Assembly: GCA_965205095.1 (NCBI GenBank)
Contig: OZ242040.1
Span: forward strand, 640,553 to 704,552
Reading direction: 5' to 3'
DNA from: Candidatus Multivorans sp.
Lineage (GTDB): Bacteria; Acidobacteriota; Thermoanaerobaculia; Multivoradales; Multivoraceae
Length of the DNA: 64,000 bases
The notes under the pieces were generated by a model. That model worked only from the letters and a program-made list of their open reading frames with translations. It was not told where the DNA came from and did not search any database. Positions 10,106 through 19,763 of this stretch are shown here, piece by piece. The number at the start of each line of letters is the position of its first letter. The stretch's first letter is position 1. The position numbers were made by a program, and so were the translations under genes.

Positions 10106-12409
10106 ATGCAAACTGCCGCGGCCGAAGCGCCAGGGAGAACACACCTCGGCGCCGGGCGCCGGGTAGCCGCCGGTGTAGTGGGTCTCCTGGTCTGCCTGCC
10201 CGTCGGCGGGCAGGAGCAGCCGGCGACCGGCGCCGAGCGCCCGACGATGGCGGCCACGCCGGTCGACCAGGGACCGACCGTCGACGGCGACCTGAGCGAC
10301 CGGGCCTGGCAGACGTCCGAGGTCGGCACGGACTTCATTCAGCACGAGCCGCTCGACGGCGTGCCGGCGACCGAGCAGACGGAAGTGCGCGTCGTGTTCG
10401 CGGACGGCACGATCTACTTCGGCATCACCGCGTTCGACGCGAACCCCGACGCGATCGTCGCCAAGGAGATGGAGCGCGACAGCCGCATCTTCCAGGACGA
10501 CTCCGTCCTGCTGCTGCTCGACACGTTCCACGATCGGCGCAACGCCTACGCCTTTGCCACCAACCTGAACGGCGCGCGAACCGACGCCCTGGTAACGGAC
10601 GAGGGCAGGGACCTGACCCCGCAGTGGGACGGCATCTGGTCGGTGGCCGCCCGCAAGACGGCCTTCGGCTGGACGGCCGAGATCGCGATCCCGATCTCGA
10701 CGCTCCGCTTCGACCCGGAGGCTCCCTCCTGGGGCTTCAACGTCCAGCGCTACATCGCCCACAAGCGCGAGATGACGCACTGGTCGGGCCTGCCGCGCGA
10801 GGTCAGCGTGCTCGGACAGGTCGGCTCCGAGAACCAGCCCGTCTTCCGGGTATCCATGGCCGGCGAGCTGACCGGACTCACAGGTCTTGCGCAATCGGCG
10901 CAACTTCAGATCAAGCCGTTCGCCATCGGCGACGTCAGCGAGGACCCCCGTCTCGATCTCGACCCGAGCACTGGTGGCGACTACGGTCTCGACCTCAAGT
11001 GGGGCGTAACGCGCTCCCTGGCGCTCGACCTGACGTACAACACCGACTTCGCCGAGGTCGAGGTCGACGAGCTGCAGACGAACCTGACCCGGTTCTCCCT
11101 CTACTTCCCCGAGAAGCGGGACTTCTTTCTCGAGAACGCCGGCATCTTCGACTTCGGTCCTCCCCACCGCCTGTTCTACCTGCCGCCCGTGCTCAAATTG
11201 TTCTTCTCGCGACGGGTCGGCCTGGCCGACGGCCAGCCGGTGCCGATCGACTGGGGAGCGCGGCTCACCGGGAGGATGGGGGGCTGGGATCTCGGCGTGC
11301 TGCGGGTCAAGGCGGCCGGAGTCGAGCGCGACGACGGCCCGCTGCCGGCCAACGCGTTCAGCGTGGCCCGCCTGAAGCGCAACGTCGGCCAGCGGTCCTC
11401 GATCGGCGCCATCGTCACCGAGGCCGCTCCGGACGGCCTGTCGGCGAATCGCGTCGCCGGCCTCGACTTCGTCTACAAGCCAACCCCGAAGCTGATCTTC
11501 GGCGGCTTCTGGAGCACCAGCGGCATCAGCGAAGAGCCATCGGCGAGTTCCGGGAGTGCCGCCGCCGACGCTCCCTCCGATGCCGGCGAATCCGCCTACG
11601 GCTTCAACTTCGACTACCAGGGTCGCGCACTGACCGTATACCTGGACGCCCAGGAGATCGAAGAGGACTACAGTCCGGACGCCGGGTTCCTGCTGCGCAA
11701 GAACGTCCGCCACGTGAACCCGCTGATCCAGTGGCTGCCCCGGGTCGAGCGCGGCTTCGTCCGCTCCTGGTTCACCGAGGTCACGATGGATTACTACGAG
11801 ACGCTGGACACCGGGGAGCTGGAGTCACGGCGGATCGAGATCTCGCCCATCGGCATGAGGATGACGACCGAGGACCGCTGGCGCATGGGCTACGTCCTCG
11901 AAACGGAGAACCTCGTCGAACCCTTCGAGGTGTCGTCCGGGGTCGTGATCCCGCCGGGCCGCTACGACTTCGAGACATGGGACATCGCCGGGTTCTCGAA
12001 CCAGAGTCGACTGTTCGGCCTGCGCGGACGCATCAGCATCGGCGATTTTTACAACGGCACCCAGACTTCCGGACGCATGGGCTTCAATTTCCGGATCTCC
12101 AGGAACGTTCAGACCCAGACGAGCTGGGTCTACAACGACGTCGAACTGCCCCAGGGCGCCTTCGACGTCGGCCTCTACAGCCAGCTCGTGACCTTCACGT
12201 TCACCCCGAACCTGCGGCTGAACACGATCGTCCAGTACAACGACCACTCCGGCGATCTCGGGACGAACATCCGCCTGCACTGGATCTACAAACCGGGCTC
12301 CGACCTGTTCGTCGTCTACAACGAGAACTGGATGGCCGAGGATCTGCGCTACCGGCAGAGCACCCACCGCCAGATCGCGGTGAAGTTCACCTACCTGATC
12401 CAGCCGTAG
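10106..12409 (+). CDS. DUF5916 / CBM9-like domain outer-membrane protein
   Basis: VDGDL, LLLDTFHD, WTAEIAIP..LRF, NTDFAEVE, FPEKRDFFLEN, C-terminal barrel end KFTYL. Confidence 0.85.
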   Translation: MQTAAAEAPGRTHLGAGRRVAAGVVGLLVCLPVGGQEQPATGAERPTMAATPVDQGPTVDGDLSDRAWQTSEVGTDFIQHEPLDGVPATEQTEVRVVFADGTIYFGITAFDANPDAIVAKEMERDSRIFQDDSVLLLLDTFHDRRNAYAFATNLNGARTDALVTDEGRDLTPQWDGIWSVAARKTAFGWTAEIAIPISTLRFDPEAPSWGFNVQRYIAHKREMTHWSGLPREVSVLGQVGSENQPVFRVSMAGELTGLTGLAQSAQLQIKPFAIGDVSEDPRLDLDPSTGGDYGLDLKWGVTRSLALDLTYNTDFAEVEVDELQTNLTRFSLYFPEKRDFFLENAGIFDFGPPHRLFYLPPVLKLFFSRRVGLADGQPVPIDWGARLTGRMGGWDLGVLRVKAAGVERDDGPLPANAFSVARLKRNVGQRSSIGAIVTEAAPDGLSANRVAGLDFVYKPTPKLIFGGFWSTSGISEEPSASSGSAAADAPSDAGESAYGFNFDYQGRALTVYLDAQEIEEDYSPDAGFLLRKNVRHVNPLIQWLPRVERGFVRSWFTEVTMDYYETLDTGELESRRIEISPIGMRMTTEDRWRMGYVLETENLVEPFEVSSGVVIPPGRYDFETWDIAGFSNQSRLFGLRGRISIGDFYNGTQTSGRMGFNFRISRNVQTQTSWVYNDVELPQGAFDVGLYSQLVTFTFTPNLRLNTIVQYNDHSGDLGTNIRLHWIYKPGSDLFVVYNENWMAEDLRYRQSTHRQIAVKFTYLIQP

Positions 12410-12434
12410 AGCCGGCGAGGGCGGATCGCCGCCG

Positions 12435-13334
12435 CTACGTCTTCGCCCAGTTGAACGTGCGTACCAGGTGCGTGTAGTCCGCGTGGCCGCGGGCGATCGT
12501 CGTGCTGCCCAGGAAGTCCTCGCGGCCCAGCATGACCCGCAGCGGATAGGGCTTGCCCTCCAGCCACTCCTCGTCGAGATGCCCGTAGTCCTCGACCGGG
12601 CGCAGCGCGAGGCGGGAGAACGTGATGTGGAGGACGACGCGCTCTCCAGGAATCGCGCGCGGGTAGTTGCCGTGCCAGACCGAACCGTCCCAGGCCACGA
12701 CGGACCCGGCCGGGCACTCCGTCGGAATCGCGCCCGGCTCCGTGGCGACTTCCTCCTCGTTCGGATGGCGCCGCAGGCGGTGAGTCCCCGGGATCACCTT
12801 CGTGCAACCGCCGGCCTCGGTGAACTCGTCGCACGCCCAGCACAGGGTCAGGAGCTGGTTGTGCACCGGGAACGGCGCCGGCAGCCAGTTCTGGTCCGCG
12901 TGCAACGGCAGCTTGGCGGCCCCGAGCGGCCGGATGCTGCAGATCAACTGGGAAAGCAGGGCACCCTTGCCGCACATGACTTCGGCGAGGGCCTGGAGCT
13001 TCGGTCGGAGGACGACCTCCTCGAAGATCGGGTCGCGGCCGAGCAGAAGCGCGGCCGAACGGCCCTTCGCCCGCCCTTCCGTCTCCTCCGCCAGGCGCAG
13101 GCAGGCTTCCCGCAACTGCTCCGTGACCTCCAGCGGCGCTACCTGGCGCAGGATGGTGTAGCCCTGCTCCTGCATGTCGTGGATGTTCTGCGCCATGTCG
13201 AGCTGCTCGACGGTCGCCGCCATCTCGTTCGAGAGGTCGAAGGGCTGCCGGGTCTCGGTCTGCCGTTCCGGTGTCGGCCGCGCCTCTCTTCGGGCTGCCG
13301 GCCTTTCGAGTTGCGCCGTCGCGGTCTGCGCCAT
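12435..13334 (-). CDS. Phytanoyl-CoA dioxygenase (PhyH) family Fe(II)/2OG dioxygenase
   Basis: LHADQ (HxD), GCTKVIPGTH, GSVWHG; GAGGAG RBS before MAQTAT. Confidence 0.9.
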   Translation of the reverse strand: MAQTATAQLERPAARREARPTPERQTETRQPFDLSNEMAATVEQLDMAQNIHDMQEQGYTILRQVAPLEVTEQLREACLRLAEETEGRAKGRSAALLLGRDPIFEEVVLRPKLQALAEVMCGKGALLSQLICSIRPLGAAKLPLHADQNWLPAPFPVHNQLLTLCWACDEFTEAGGCTKVIPGTHRLRRHPNEEEVATEPGAIPTECPAGSVVAWDGSVWHGNYPRAIPGERVVLHITFSRLALRPVEDYGHLDEEWLEGKPYPLRVMLGREDFLGSTTIARGHADYTHLVRTFNWAKT

Positions 13335-13607
13335 CGTCGACTCCTCGCTCGATTCTGGGCGGTATCTCGTCGGAGCGATCGATCGTAACAGGCCATCTGG
13401 CCTCATCTCTGTTTTTGGGCTACAATCGCGGTGCTTTCACGGCGCCGCGAGGCAGGGGACCGTCCACCCCGGCTGTCGCCACCAGATGCCTCAAAGCGGC
13501 CGCGCCTCAGCTTCCCGAGACGTCCACCACGTCGCCCCGTCCTCCGGGAGGAACTGAACTGCCAGCCGGCGGCGCCAGTGGACTCAACGGGTCGATACCC
13601 CACCGGA

Positions 13608-16600
13608 ATGCCAGAAGCGCAAGGCGAACACCCCACCGGGACACCTGCCGCCTCCAAACGGCGGCCGGCCCGCCGTCGGCGGCGTCCCCGTCAACGCGGG
13701 GGCACCGGAAAAACGCGCGCGGTCGCGCTTCATCAGCGCAGCGCGTCTCATTTCCGCCCCGAGGACCGCGAACGGGGCAAGGCGGTCTTTTCGGCGGGAA
13801 ACGTGAAGCTGGAAGTCGACGGCACGAGCGCCCGGGCCATCGTCGAAGCGCTGGCGCCCTGCGAAGGCTCCGCCGCGGACGAGCCGGCCGGGAACGACGC
13901 CACCACCGTGGAGATCGACTGGTCGAGGGTTCCCGACGAACGCATTCTCCACGCGGTGTGCGACTGCCCGCAGTTCGCCGGCGGCACGGCCTGCGGCCAC
14001 ATCTGGGCGTCGCTGCTCGAACTCGCCGCGAAGGAGCCGAAGAGCCAGCCAGCCGGATCAGGCCGCGTCTCGCTGCGGAAGACCCGGCCTCCACAGGTCT
14101 CCATACCAGGATCGGCATTGAACACGATGGACACCCCGACCGCCGCCGCGAACGCACCTCCCCGCCCTTCCCGGCGCACCCGCAGGAGCCGCAGCCGGCG
14201 CCGGAGGCGAACACCGGCAACGACGAGCTGGAGGTCGGTCGTCGACGCCGTTCGCGAGGACATCGAGCAGCAGGGCCTTCCCGAGAAGACCTCCGCGGCA
14301 AGGCACGGGGAGCCCGAGATCCGGTTCCTGATCAACGCGGCGACGAGCCGCACTGCCGGCGGGCTGATGATCGACATCTTCGGCCGCAAGAGGAATCCGC
14401 AAGGCGAACTCGGCAAACTGAAGCGTCTCAACATCGACCACGCCAAAGTCGAGGAACTGCTTGGCCTGAACTCGCTTGACGCCGACGCCTCCCCAACGAA
14501 CGGAGCGTCCCCGGCCGCGGAGCCGGCGATGGTTACCGCGCTGCCGCCCGAGGCGCCGCAACGCCAGGGGCGCAAGCGGAAGGCCGGGCGCGGCCGACCA
14601 CCGGGGCGCCCTCAGATCCAGCGCGTCTTCGTGCCCCTGAACTGGGTCGATCACCTTCTGCCCCGCCTCAGCTCGAGCGACCAGCTCTTCTGGTGGGATG
14701 GCCGCTCCCTCGCCAACCTGCACCCGGTGAGCTTCGACGACGGCGCGCCCTGGCGCCTCACCCTGCAACTGGAGATCGCTGCCGCCAGCCGTATCCGGCT
14801 CCGCGGGCTGCTCAAGCGCGGCGAGGAGACGACACCTCTCAGCCGCGCGGCCCTGGTGCTGCCGTTCTCCAGGGGCAACGGCGTCACCCCCGGCGCGGAA
14901 GCGAACGAGGCAGGCAATACGCTGCTGCTGCTGGACAACTCGATCGGCCGCCTCCACCTCGAACCGCAGCGCGACCAGCCCTGGTACTCCCTGCTCGGCG
15001 CCAGCGGCGATCTGGTCATCCCGGACGAAGACCTGGAAGCGGCAGTGACCAGCCTCCTGGAGCTGCCCGCCCTGCCCCCTCTGGAGCTTCCGGAAGAGGT
15101 CTACCTCTCCGAAGAGTCCCCGGTCCCCCAGCCACGGCTGGCGCTCGAGCCGGAGGACGCACCGGAGTGGATGAACCCCCAGCTCGAGGCCCGCCTCTCC
15201 TTCGGCTACGGCAGCCTGACCGTCGACGCCGGCGATCCGCGGTCGGCGGTGGTCGACTGGGAGGAGCATCGCTTCGTCCGGCGCGACCAGAAAGTCGAAC
15301 AGGACGCGCTTGTCCGTCTCCTCGAGCTCGGCCTGAAGCCGGTCGCATCCAAGACCGGCCACAGCCTGGAGCTCGAGCCGCGCGACCTGCCCGCGGTCGC
15401 CGAGCCACTGCTGACGGAGGGATGGGAGGTCGAAGCCCACGGCGCCTCGATCCGACCGCCGAATCCGCCGGCGTTGCGTATCGAGAGCGGCGTCGACTGG
15501 TTCGAGCTCAGCGGCCAGATCGACTTTGGCGAAGACCAGATCGAGTTCTCGGAGATCCTGTCGGCGATCTCCGAAGGCCGGCGATCGGTCGAGCTGGACG
15601 ACGGATCGAAGGGACTCCTGCCGGCGGCCTGGGTCGAGAACTACGGCTCGCTCAGCCAGCTCGCCCAGGCCTCGAGCGAAGAGGGACTGCGTTTCCTGCC
15701 CTCGCAGGCCCTGCTGGTCGACGCCCTGCTCGCGGTGACGCCGCCGGTGAACGTCAGCAAGACGTTTGCCGAGCTGCGCGAGAAACTGAGCACCTTCTCG
15801 TCGATCAAGCCGAAGAAGGAGCCGCGCAGCTTCGTCGGCACGCTCCGCAACTACCAGCGCCTCGGCCTGGGTTGGCTGTGCTTCCTGCGCGAGTTCGGCC
15901 TCGGCGGCGTGCTGGCGGACGACATGGGGCTGGGCAAGACGATCCAGGCGCTGGCCGTGCTCCGCATGTACCGCACCGCCTCGCGGACGACGAAGCTGCC
16001 CTATCTCGTCGTCGCGCCGCGCAGCCTCGTGTACAACTGGATCGACGAGGCCGCCCGTTTCACACCCGACCTCAAGGTGCTGGAGTACGCGGGTCGCGAC
16101 CGCGAAGAGCTGCGGGGCGAACTCACTTCGGCCGACCTGGTCGTCACGACCTACGGCACCGTCCGCCGCGACATCGGCTATCTCGCGACCGTCGACTTCG
16201 ACACCGTGATCCTCGACGAGGCCCAGGCGATCAAGAACGCGACCTCGCAGACCGCCAAGGCCTGCCGCCTGTTGACCGGCAAACACCGCCTCGCGCTCAC
16301 CGGCACCCCGATCGAGAACCACCTGGGCGAACTCGGCTCGATCTTCGAGTTCCTCAACCCGGGTCTGCTCGGGCGGCTGCCGGCCCTGGACGTGCTCGCC
16401 GGCGGCCGCGCGCCAAGCGAACAGGAACTCGCCCTTGTCGCCAAGGGTCTGCGTCCCTTCATCCTTCGCCGCAGCAAGCGGGAGGTGCTCCCGGACCTGC
16501 CGGAGAAGACCGAGCAGATCCTGCAGTGCACCCTGAACCCGAAGCAGCAGGAGATCTACGACCAGCTCCGGGCCGGTTACCGCGAAAGCCTGCTGAAGCA

Positions 16601-17222
16601 GGTCGAGGACAAGGGGGTCGGCGGATCGGCGATGCAGGTGCTCGAGGCGCTGCTCCGCCTGCGGCAGGTCGCCTGCCATCCGGGGCTCATCGACGAGTCC
16701 TGGAACGACGCGGGCAGCGCCAAGCTCGAGTCGCTGTTCGAGCAGGTGTCCGAGGTGCTCGACGAGGGGCACAAGTGCCTCGTGTTCTCCCAGTTCACGT
16801 CGCTGCTGGCCTACGTACGGAGCCACTTCGAGGAACAGGGCGTCCCGTACGCCTACCTCGACGGCCAGACCCGGAACCGCGGGGAGGTGGTCGATCACTT
16901 CCAGAGCGACCCGGACACGAACATCTTTCTGATCAGCCTGAAGGCGGGCGGCGTCGGCCTGAACCTGACCGCCGCCGGCTACGTCTTCCTGCTCGACCCG
17001 TGGTGGAACCCGGCCGTCGAAGCGCAGGCCATCGACCGCACCCACCGCATAGGCCAGACCCAGCCCGTCTTTGCCTATCGCCTGATCGCCCGGGACACCG
17101 TGGAAGAGAAGATGCTGGAACTCCAGCGCTCGAAGCGGCAGATCGCCGACGCGATCCTCGAAGGCGGCGGATCGTCCCTGCGGGATCTCACCGCCGACGA
17201 TCTGCGGATGCTGCTGAGCTAG
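13608..17222 (+). CDS. SNF2/SWI2 family helicase with N-terminal SWIM zinc finger
   Basis: CDC...CGH SWIM motif; LADDMGLGKT, LDEAQ, LTGTPIEN, FSQF, AGGVGLNL, DPWWNP, QAIDRTHRIGQ; start uncertain (13431 or 13608). Confidence 0.95.
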   Translation: MPEAQGEHPTGTPAASKRRPARRRRRPRQRGGTGKTRAVALHQRSASHFRPEDRERGKAVFSAGNVKLEVDGTSARAIVEALAPCEGSAADEPAGNDATTVEIDWSRVPDERILHAVCDCPQFAGGTACGHIWASLLELAAKEPKSQPAGSGRVSLRKTRPPQVSIPGSALNTMDTPTAAANAPPRPSRRTRRSRSRRRRRTPATTSWRSVVDAVREDIEQQGLPEKTSAARHGEPEIRFLINAATSRTAGGLMIDIFGRKRNPQGELGKLKRLNIDHAKVEELLGLNSLDADASPTNGASPAAEPAMVTALPPEAPQRQGRKRKAGRGRPPGRPQIQRVFVPLNWVDHLLPRLSSSDQLFWWDGRSLANLHPVSFDDGAPWRLTLQLEIAAASRIRLRGLLKRGEETTPLSRAALVLPFSRGNGVTPGAEANEAGNTLLLLDNSIGRLHLEPQRDQPWYSLLGASGDLVIPDEDLEAAVTSLLELPALPPLELPEEVYLSEESPVPQPRLALEPEDAPEWMNPQLEARLSFGYGSLTVDAGDPRSAVVDWEEHRFVRRDQKVEQDALVRLLELGLKPVASKTGHSLELEPRDLPAVAEPLLTEGWEVEAHGASIRPPNPPALRIESGVDWFELSGQIDFGEDQIEFSEILSAISEGRRSVELDDGSKGLLPAAWVENYGSLSQLAQASSEEGLRFLPSQALLVDALLAVTPPVNVSKTFAELREKLSTFSSIKPKKEPRSFVGTLRNYQRLGLGWLCFLREFGLGGVLADDMGLGKTIQALAVLRMYRTASRTTKLPYLVVAPRSLVYNWIDEAARFTPDLKVLEYAGRDREELRGELTSADLVVTTYGTVRRDIGYLATVDFDTVILDEAQAIKNATSQTAKACRLLTGKHRLALTGTPIENHLGELGSIFEFLNPGLLGRLPALDVLAGGRAPSEQELALVAKGLRPFILRRSKREVLPDLPEKTEQILQCTLNPKQQEIYDQLRAGYRESLLKQVEDKGVGGSAMQVLEALLRLRQVACHPGLIDESWNDAGSAKLESLFEQVSEVLDEGHKCLVFSQFTSLLAYVRSHFEEQGVPYAYLDGQTRNRGEVVDHFQSDPDTNIFLISLKAGGVGLNLTAAGYVFLLDPWWNPAVEAQAIDRTHRIGQTQPVFAYRLIARDTVEEKMLELQRSKRQIADAILEGGGSSLRDLTADDLRMLLS

Positions 17223-17317
17223 AGCCGGGCGCCGGACGGGCGCCCGCACCGCCGCCGCCGCGCTTGCGCCGCGGCGGCGTCGACGACATCTGAGCCGGTT
17301 CGTCCGGCTGCAATCGG

Positions 17318-17356
17318 AGGGCCTTCGGAACCGACATGAGTTCCGAAGGCCCTTTT
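17318..17356 (+). terminator. Intrinsic terminator downstream of the SNF2 gene
   Basis: 14-bp stem AGGGCCTTCGGAAC / GTTCCGAAGGCCCT running into a short T-run. Confidence 0.75.
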
Positions 17357-17450
17357 GCGTCTTAGTCGATACACGCGGCCGCTGAACCCACGGCCACCGA
17401 CAACAACCCGGCCGCCCGGCCGTCACGAACGGAACTACTGGAGCTGGACG

Positions 17451-17672
17451 ATGACGTCCCCGAACCTCACTTCGAACCTCCGCCAACCACGAACCAGGCC
17501 GCGCGCTGGCCATCGGCTGCGCGGATGGAACCCCCGACTCTCCCAGCCTCCAGCCAGCGCCCTCGAAGCACGCCTGACCCGTGCGTTTCACATGCTCGAC
17601 GCCCCGTCGGCGCCGCTGGTCTCCATGCTGCACAGCCGGGCCACCGGCCCGGCGGGAAGGCGGCGGCGATGA
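17451..17672 (+). CDS. Small hypothetical protein (73 aa), possible first gene of the peptide cluster
   Basis: GGAG 7 nt upstream; stop overlaps the next start as ATGA; no recognisable domain. Confidence 0.35.
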   Translation: MTSPNLTSNLRQPRTRPRAGHRLRGWNPRLSQPPASALEARLTRAFHMLDAPSAPLVSMLHSRATGPAGRRRR

Positions 17673-18172
17673 ACCGCCGCCGCCTGGCCCTGGCCGCCGT
17701 CGTCGTGGCCGTCCTCGTCCCCCTCGGAGGTCTCCTCTGGTTCGAGTCCGGAATCCGCGCCCGGCAGGCACAGCGCCCGGAAGTCGGGGCGACGTTCCCC
17801 GCGCTGCCGGGCTTCGCGGACGGCGAGACCCTGCCGGCCGCTCCGGGACGGCTGCGGGTAGTCACGTTCGCCAGGGCCGGCTGCGGCAACTGCGACCGCA
17901 CCATCACCACCCTGCGCCGCCTGAACCGAACCGAAGATCCGACCTTCGACCTGATCGCGGTCGTCGCCGGCGCCCATGAGCCGGAAACGAACGGCGACGG
18001 CCTTCTCGCCATCGCCGACCCGGACGCCTCCGTCTCGAGGCGCTTCGGAGTGGTCCACGTGCCGCTCGTGTTCCTGGTCGACGAGCAGTCCCGGATCCTT
18101 GCAGTCGCCACCGGCGAACGTCCGGAGACCGCCTGGCGCGCCTTCCTGGAGTCCGGAACCGATGCGCTCTGA
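17669..18172 (+). CDS. Membrane-anchored thioredoxin-fold (TlpA/AhpC-like) thiol-disulfide oxidoreductase
   Basis: MNRRR plus TM anchor; VGATFP, CGNC active site, cis-Pro region GVVHVPLVFLVD. Confidence 0.8.
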   Translation: MNRRRLALAAVVVAVLVPLGGLLWFESGIRARQAQRPEVGATFPALPGFADGETLPAAPGRLRVVTFARAGCGNCDRTITTLRRLNRTEDPTFDLIAVVAGAHEPETNGDGLLAIADPDASVSRRFGVVHVPLVFLVDEQSRILAVATGERPETAWRAFLESGTDAL

Positions 18173-18764
18173 GCGATTCCGGATCCGTCCCCCGCACGCG
18201 GCGGCCGCCGGCCTGCTGGTTGCCGCCGGTCTCGTGACGGTCGCTGCCCGGACGCTGGGGCCGACCATGGACCGGCTCGCCTGGGCCGCCGCGCTCGACC
18301 CATCGGCGCCCGCCCCGGGCGAGGTGGTCCGCCAGCAAAGGCGCTCCGACTGCGGTCCGGCGGCCCTGAAGATGGTCCTGGACCACTGGGGCATCCAGGA
18401 CGTGACGCTCGCCGAGCTCGAGATCGCGACCGGAACCGGACCGGACGGCACCAGCCTCCTGGCGCTCAAGAAAGCCGCCGAGGAACGGGGCGTGACGAGC
18501 CAGGGGCTCCGGCTTCCGGTCCATCGGCTCCGCGAGATCCCGCTCCCCGCGATCGCCCACGTCCACGGCGACCACTTCGTCGTCATCCGCAGCACCGGCG
18601 ACGAACTCGTCATCGACGACCCCTCTCTCGGCCGGCTGCGCATGAGCTCCCGCGTCTTCGCCCGCTCCTGGGACGGGGTCGTTCTGAGCTTCACCGGCGG
18701 CCCTCCACCGATTCCGCGGACGGTACGAACCCCGTCCGTTTCACCCGCAACCTACAACCCTTGA
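18162..18764 (+). CDS. Stand-alone C39 family cysteine peptidase with N-terminal hydrophobic segment
   Basis: RQQRRSDCGPAALKM (Q, C), GTSLLAL, LPAIAH, HFVV (H), DDPSLG (D), FARSWDG; no ABC domain. Confidence 0.92.
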   Translation: MRSERFRIRPPHAAAAGLLVAAGLVTVAARTLGPTMDRLAWAAALDPSAPAPGEVVRQQRRSDCGPAALKMVLDHWGIQDVTLAELEIATGTGPDGTSLLALKKAAEERGVTSQGLRLPVHRLREIPLPAIAHVHGDHFVVIRSTGDELVIDDPSLGRLRMSSRVFARSWDGVVLSFTGGPPPIPRTVRTPSVSPATYNP

Positions 18765-18779
18765 AGGAGATACTCCTCT

Positions 18780-19106
18780 ATGAAACTCCGCGTTCTGTTT
18801 GTTTCCGCCCTCTTCCTGTTCCTCGCCGGAGCGGCACTGGCGACACCGACCGTCGGCGAACCGACCGTCCCCGACGAAGCCGAACTCCTGACCGCCTGGG
18901 ATCTGGAATCGCTTGCAGGCCCGACTTCGGCCGACTACTCGCTCGCCCCGCCGGTCGTCCCGCCCGAACCCACCGAGCTGGCGGTCTACTCGCCCTGCGG
19001 TTGCACGCCGATTCCCGGTTGTCCGTTCCCGATTCCCTGGCCCTCACCCGGCCCCACGTTCCCGTTCCCGCTGCCCGGTCCGTGCACGTGTCCGCTGCCG
19101 TTCTAG
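18780..19106 (+). CDS. Secreted Pro/Cys-rich precursor peptide P1
   Basis: AAGGAG RBS; Sec signal (..GAALA); leader-like LTAWDLESLAGP; Pro-rich C-terminus with 5 Cys. Confidence 0.8.
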   Translation: MKLRVLFVSALFLFLAGAALATPTVGEPTVPDEAELLTAWDLESLAGPTSADYSLAPPVVPPEPTELAVYSPCGCTPIPGCPFPIPWPSPGPTFPFPLPGPCTCPLPF

Positions 19107-19143
19107 TGCAGATGACACGCACATCTTCCGAAGGAGGACCGAC

Positions 19144-19320
19144 ATGAACACCACCTCAACCCTGATCGCGATCCTGCCCGAGGCCGACCTCGCGGCCGTC
19201 ACCGGCGGAAACGACTGGGTCGTCTCGGCGGCTTGCTGGGCGGCAGCGGTCTTCGTCGACGCCTTCTTTCCAGGCCTGGGTGCCCTGGTCTCCCTTTCCT
19301 GCCAGACCCCCGTCATCTGA
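19144..19320 (+). CDS. Double-glycine-leader bacteriocin-like precursor P2 (58 aa)
   Basis: AGGAGG RBS; leader MNTTSTLIAILPEADLAAVTGG; hydrophobic 36-aa core with 2 Cys. Confidence 0.85.
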   Translation: MNTTSTLIAILPEADLAAVTGGNDWVVSAACWAAAVFVDAFFPGLGALVSLSCQTPVI

Positions 19321-19371
19321 AACCACCACGAACGACTCATTCACATCTGAACCCCAAAAGGAACTTCACTC

Positions 19372-19692
19372 ATGACAAAGACCCTTCTAGCCGTTGCGGC
19401 GGGCGCTGCGCTGTCGGTCAGCGCAGCCGTTCCGCCACCTGATTCCCTTTCTCGCTCGCCCGTGGACTCCGAGCTGCGCACAGCAGCGACCGTTCACGAG
19501 CCTGCCATCGACCTCGGTCCGCCCTCCCTGCCCAACCAGGTTCTGGCGCAGACAGTGGGAACGGGTTCCACTTCCGACTTCCTCTGCGGAGCCGCCGCAG
19601 GAGCCGGTTTCGCCCTGACGCTGAGCGGCGTCGGGGCGATCCCCGGCGCACTGCTGGGCGGCGCCGGCATGGCCTGCGCCATGTTCTTCTGA
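19372..19692 (+). CDS. Bacteriocin-like precursor P3 (signal peptide + pro-region + Gly-rich core)
   Basis: AAGGA RBS; signal-like N-terminus; LPNQVLAQTVGTG leader-like motif; core STSDFLCGAAAGAG...GMACAMFF. Confidence 0.8.
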   Translation: MTKTLLAVAAGAALSVSAAVPPPDSLSRSPVDSELRTAATVHEPAIDLGPPSLPNQVLAQTVGTGSTSDFLCGAAAGAGFALTLSGVGAIPGALLGGAGMACAMFF

Positions 19693-19763
19693 GCTCAGCC
19701 ACTCGGCACAGCCAGTCAGTCAATCAATCAACCCAAACCACTTGATCCTCGAAAGGAAACGAT

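Noticed and set aside
10022-11713. N-terminal extension of the 998-aa ORF 8717..11713
   Set aside because: Antisense shadow of the DUF5916 gene; the sulfatase-like sequence starts at Met 10021.
14058-17771. 1237-aa minus-strand ORF
   Set aside because: Antisense shadow of the SNF2 gene in high-GC DNA; no motifs.
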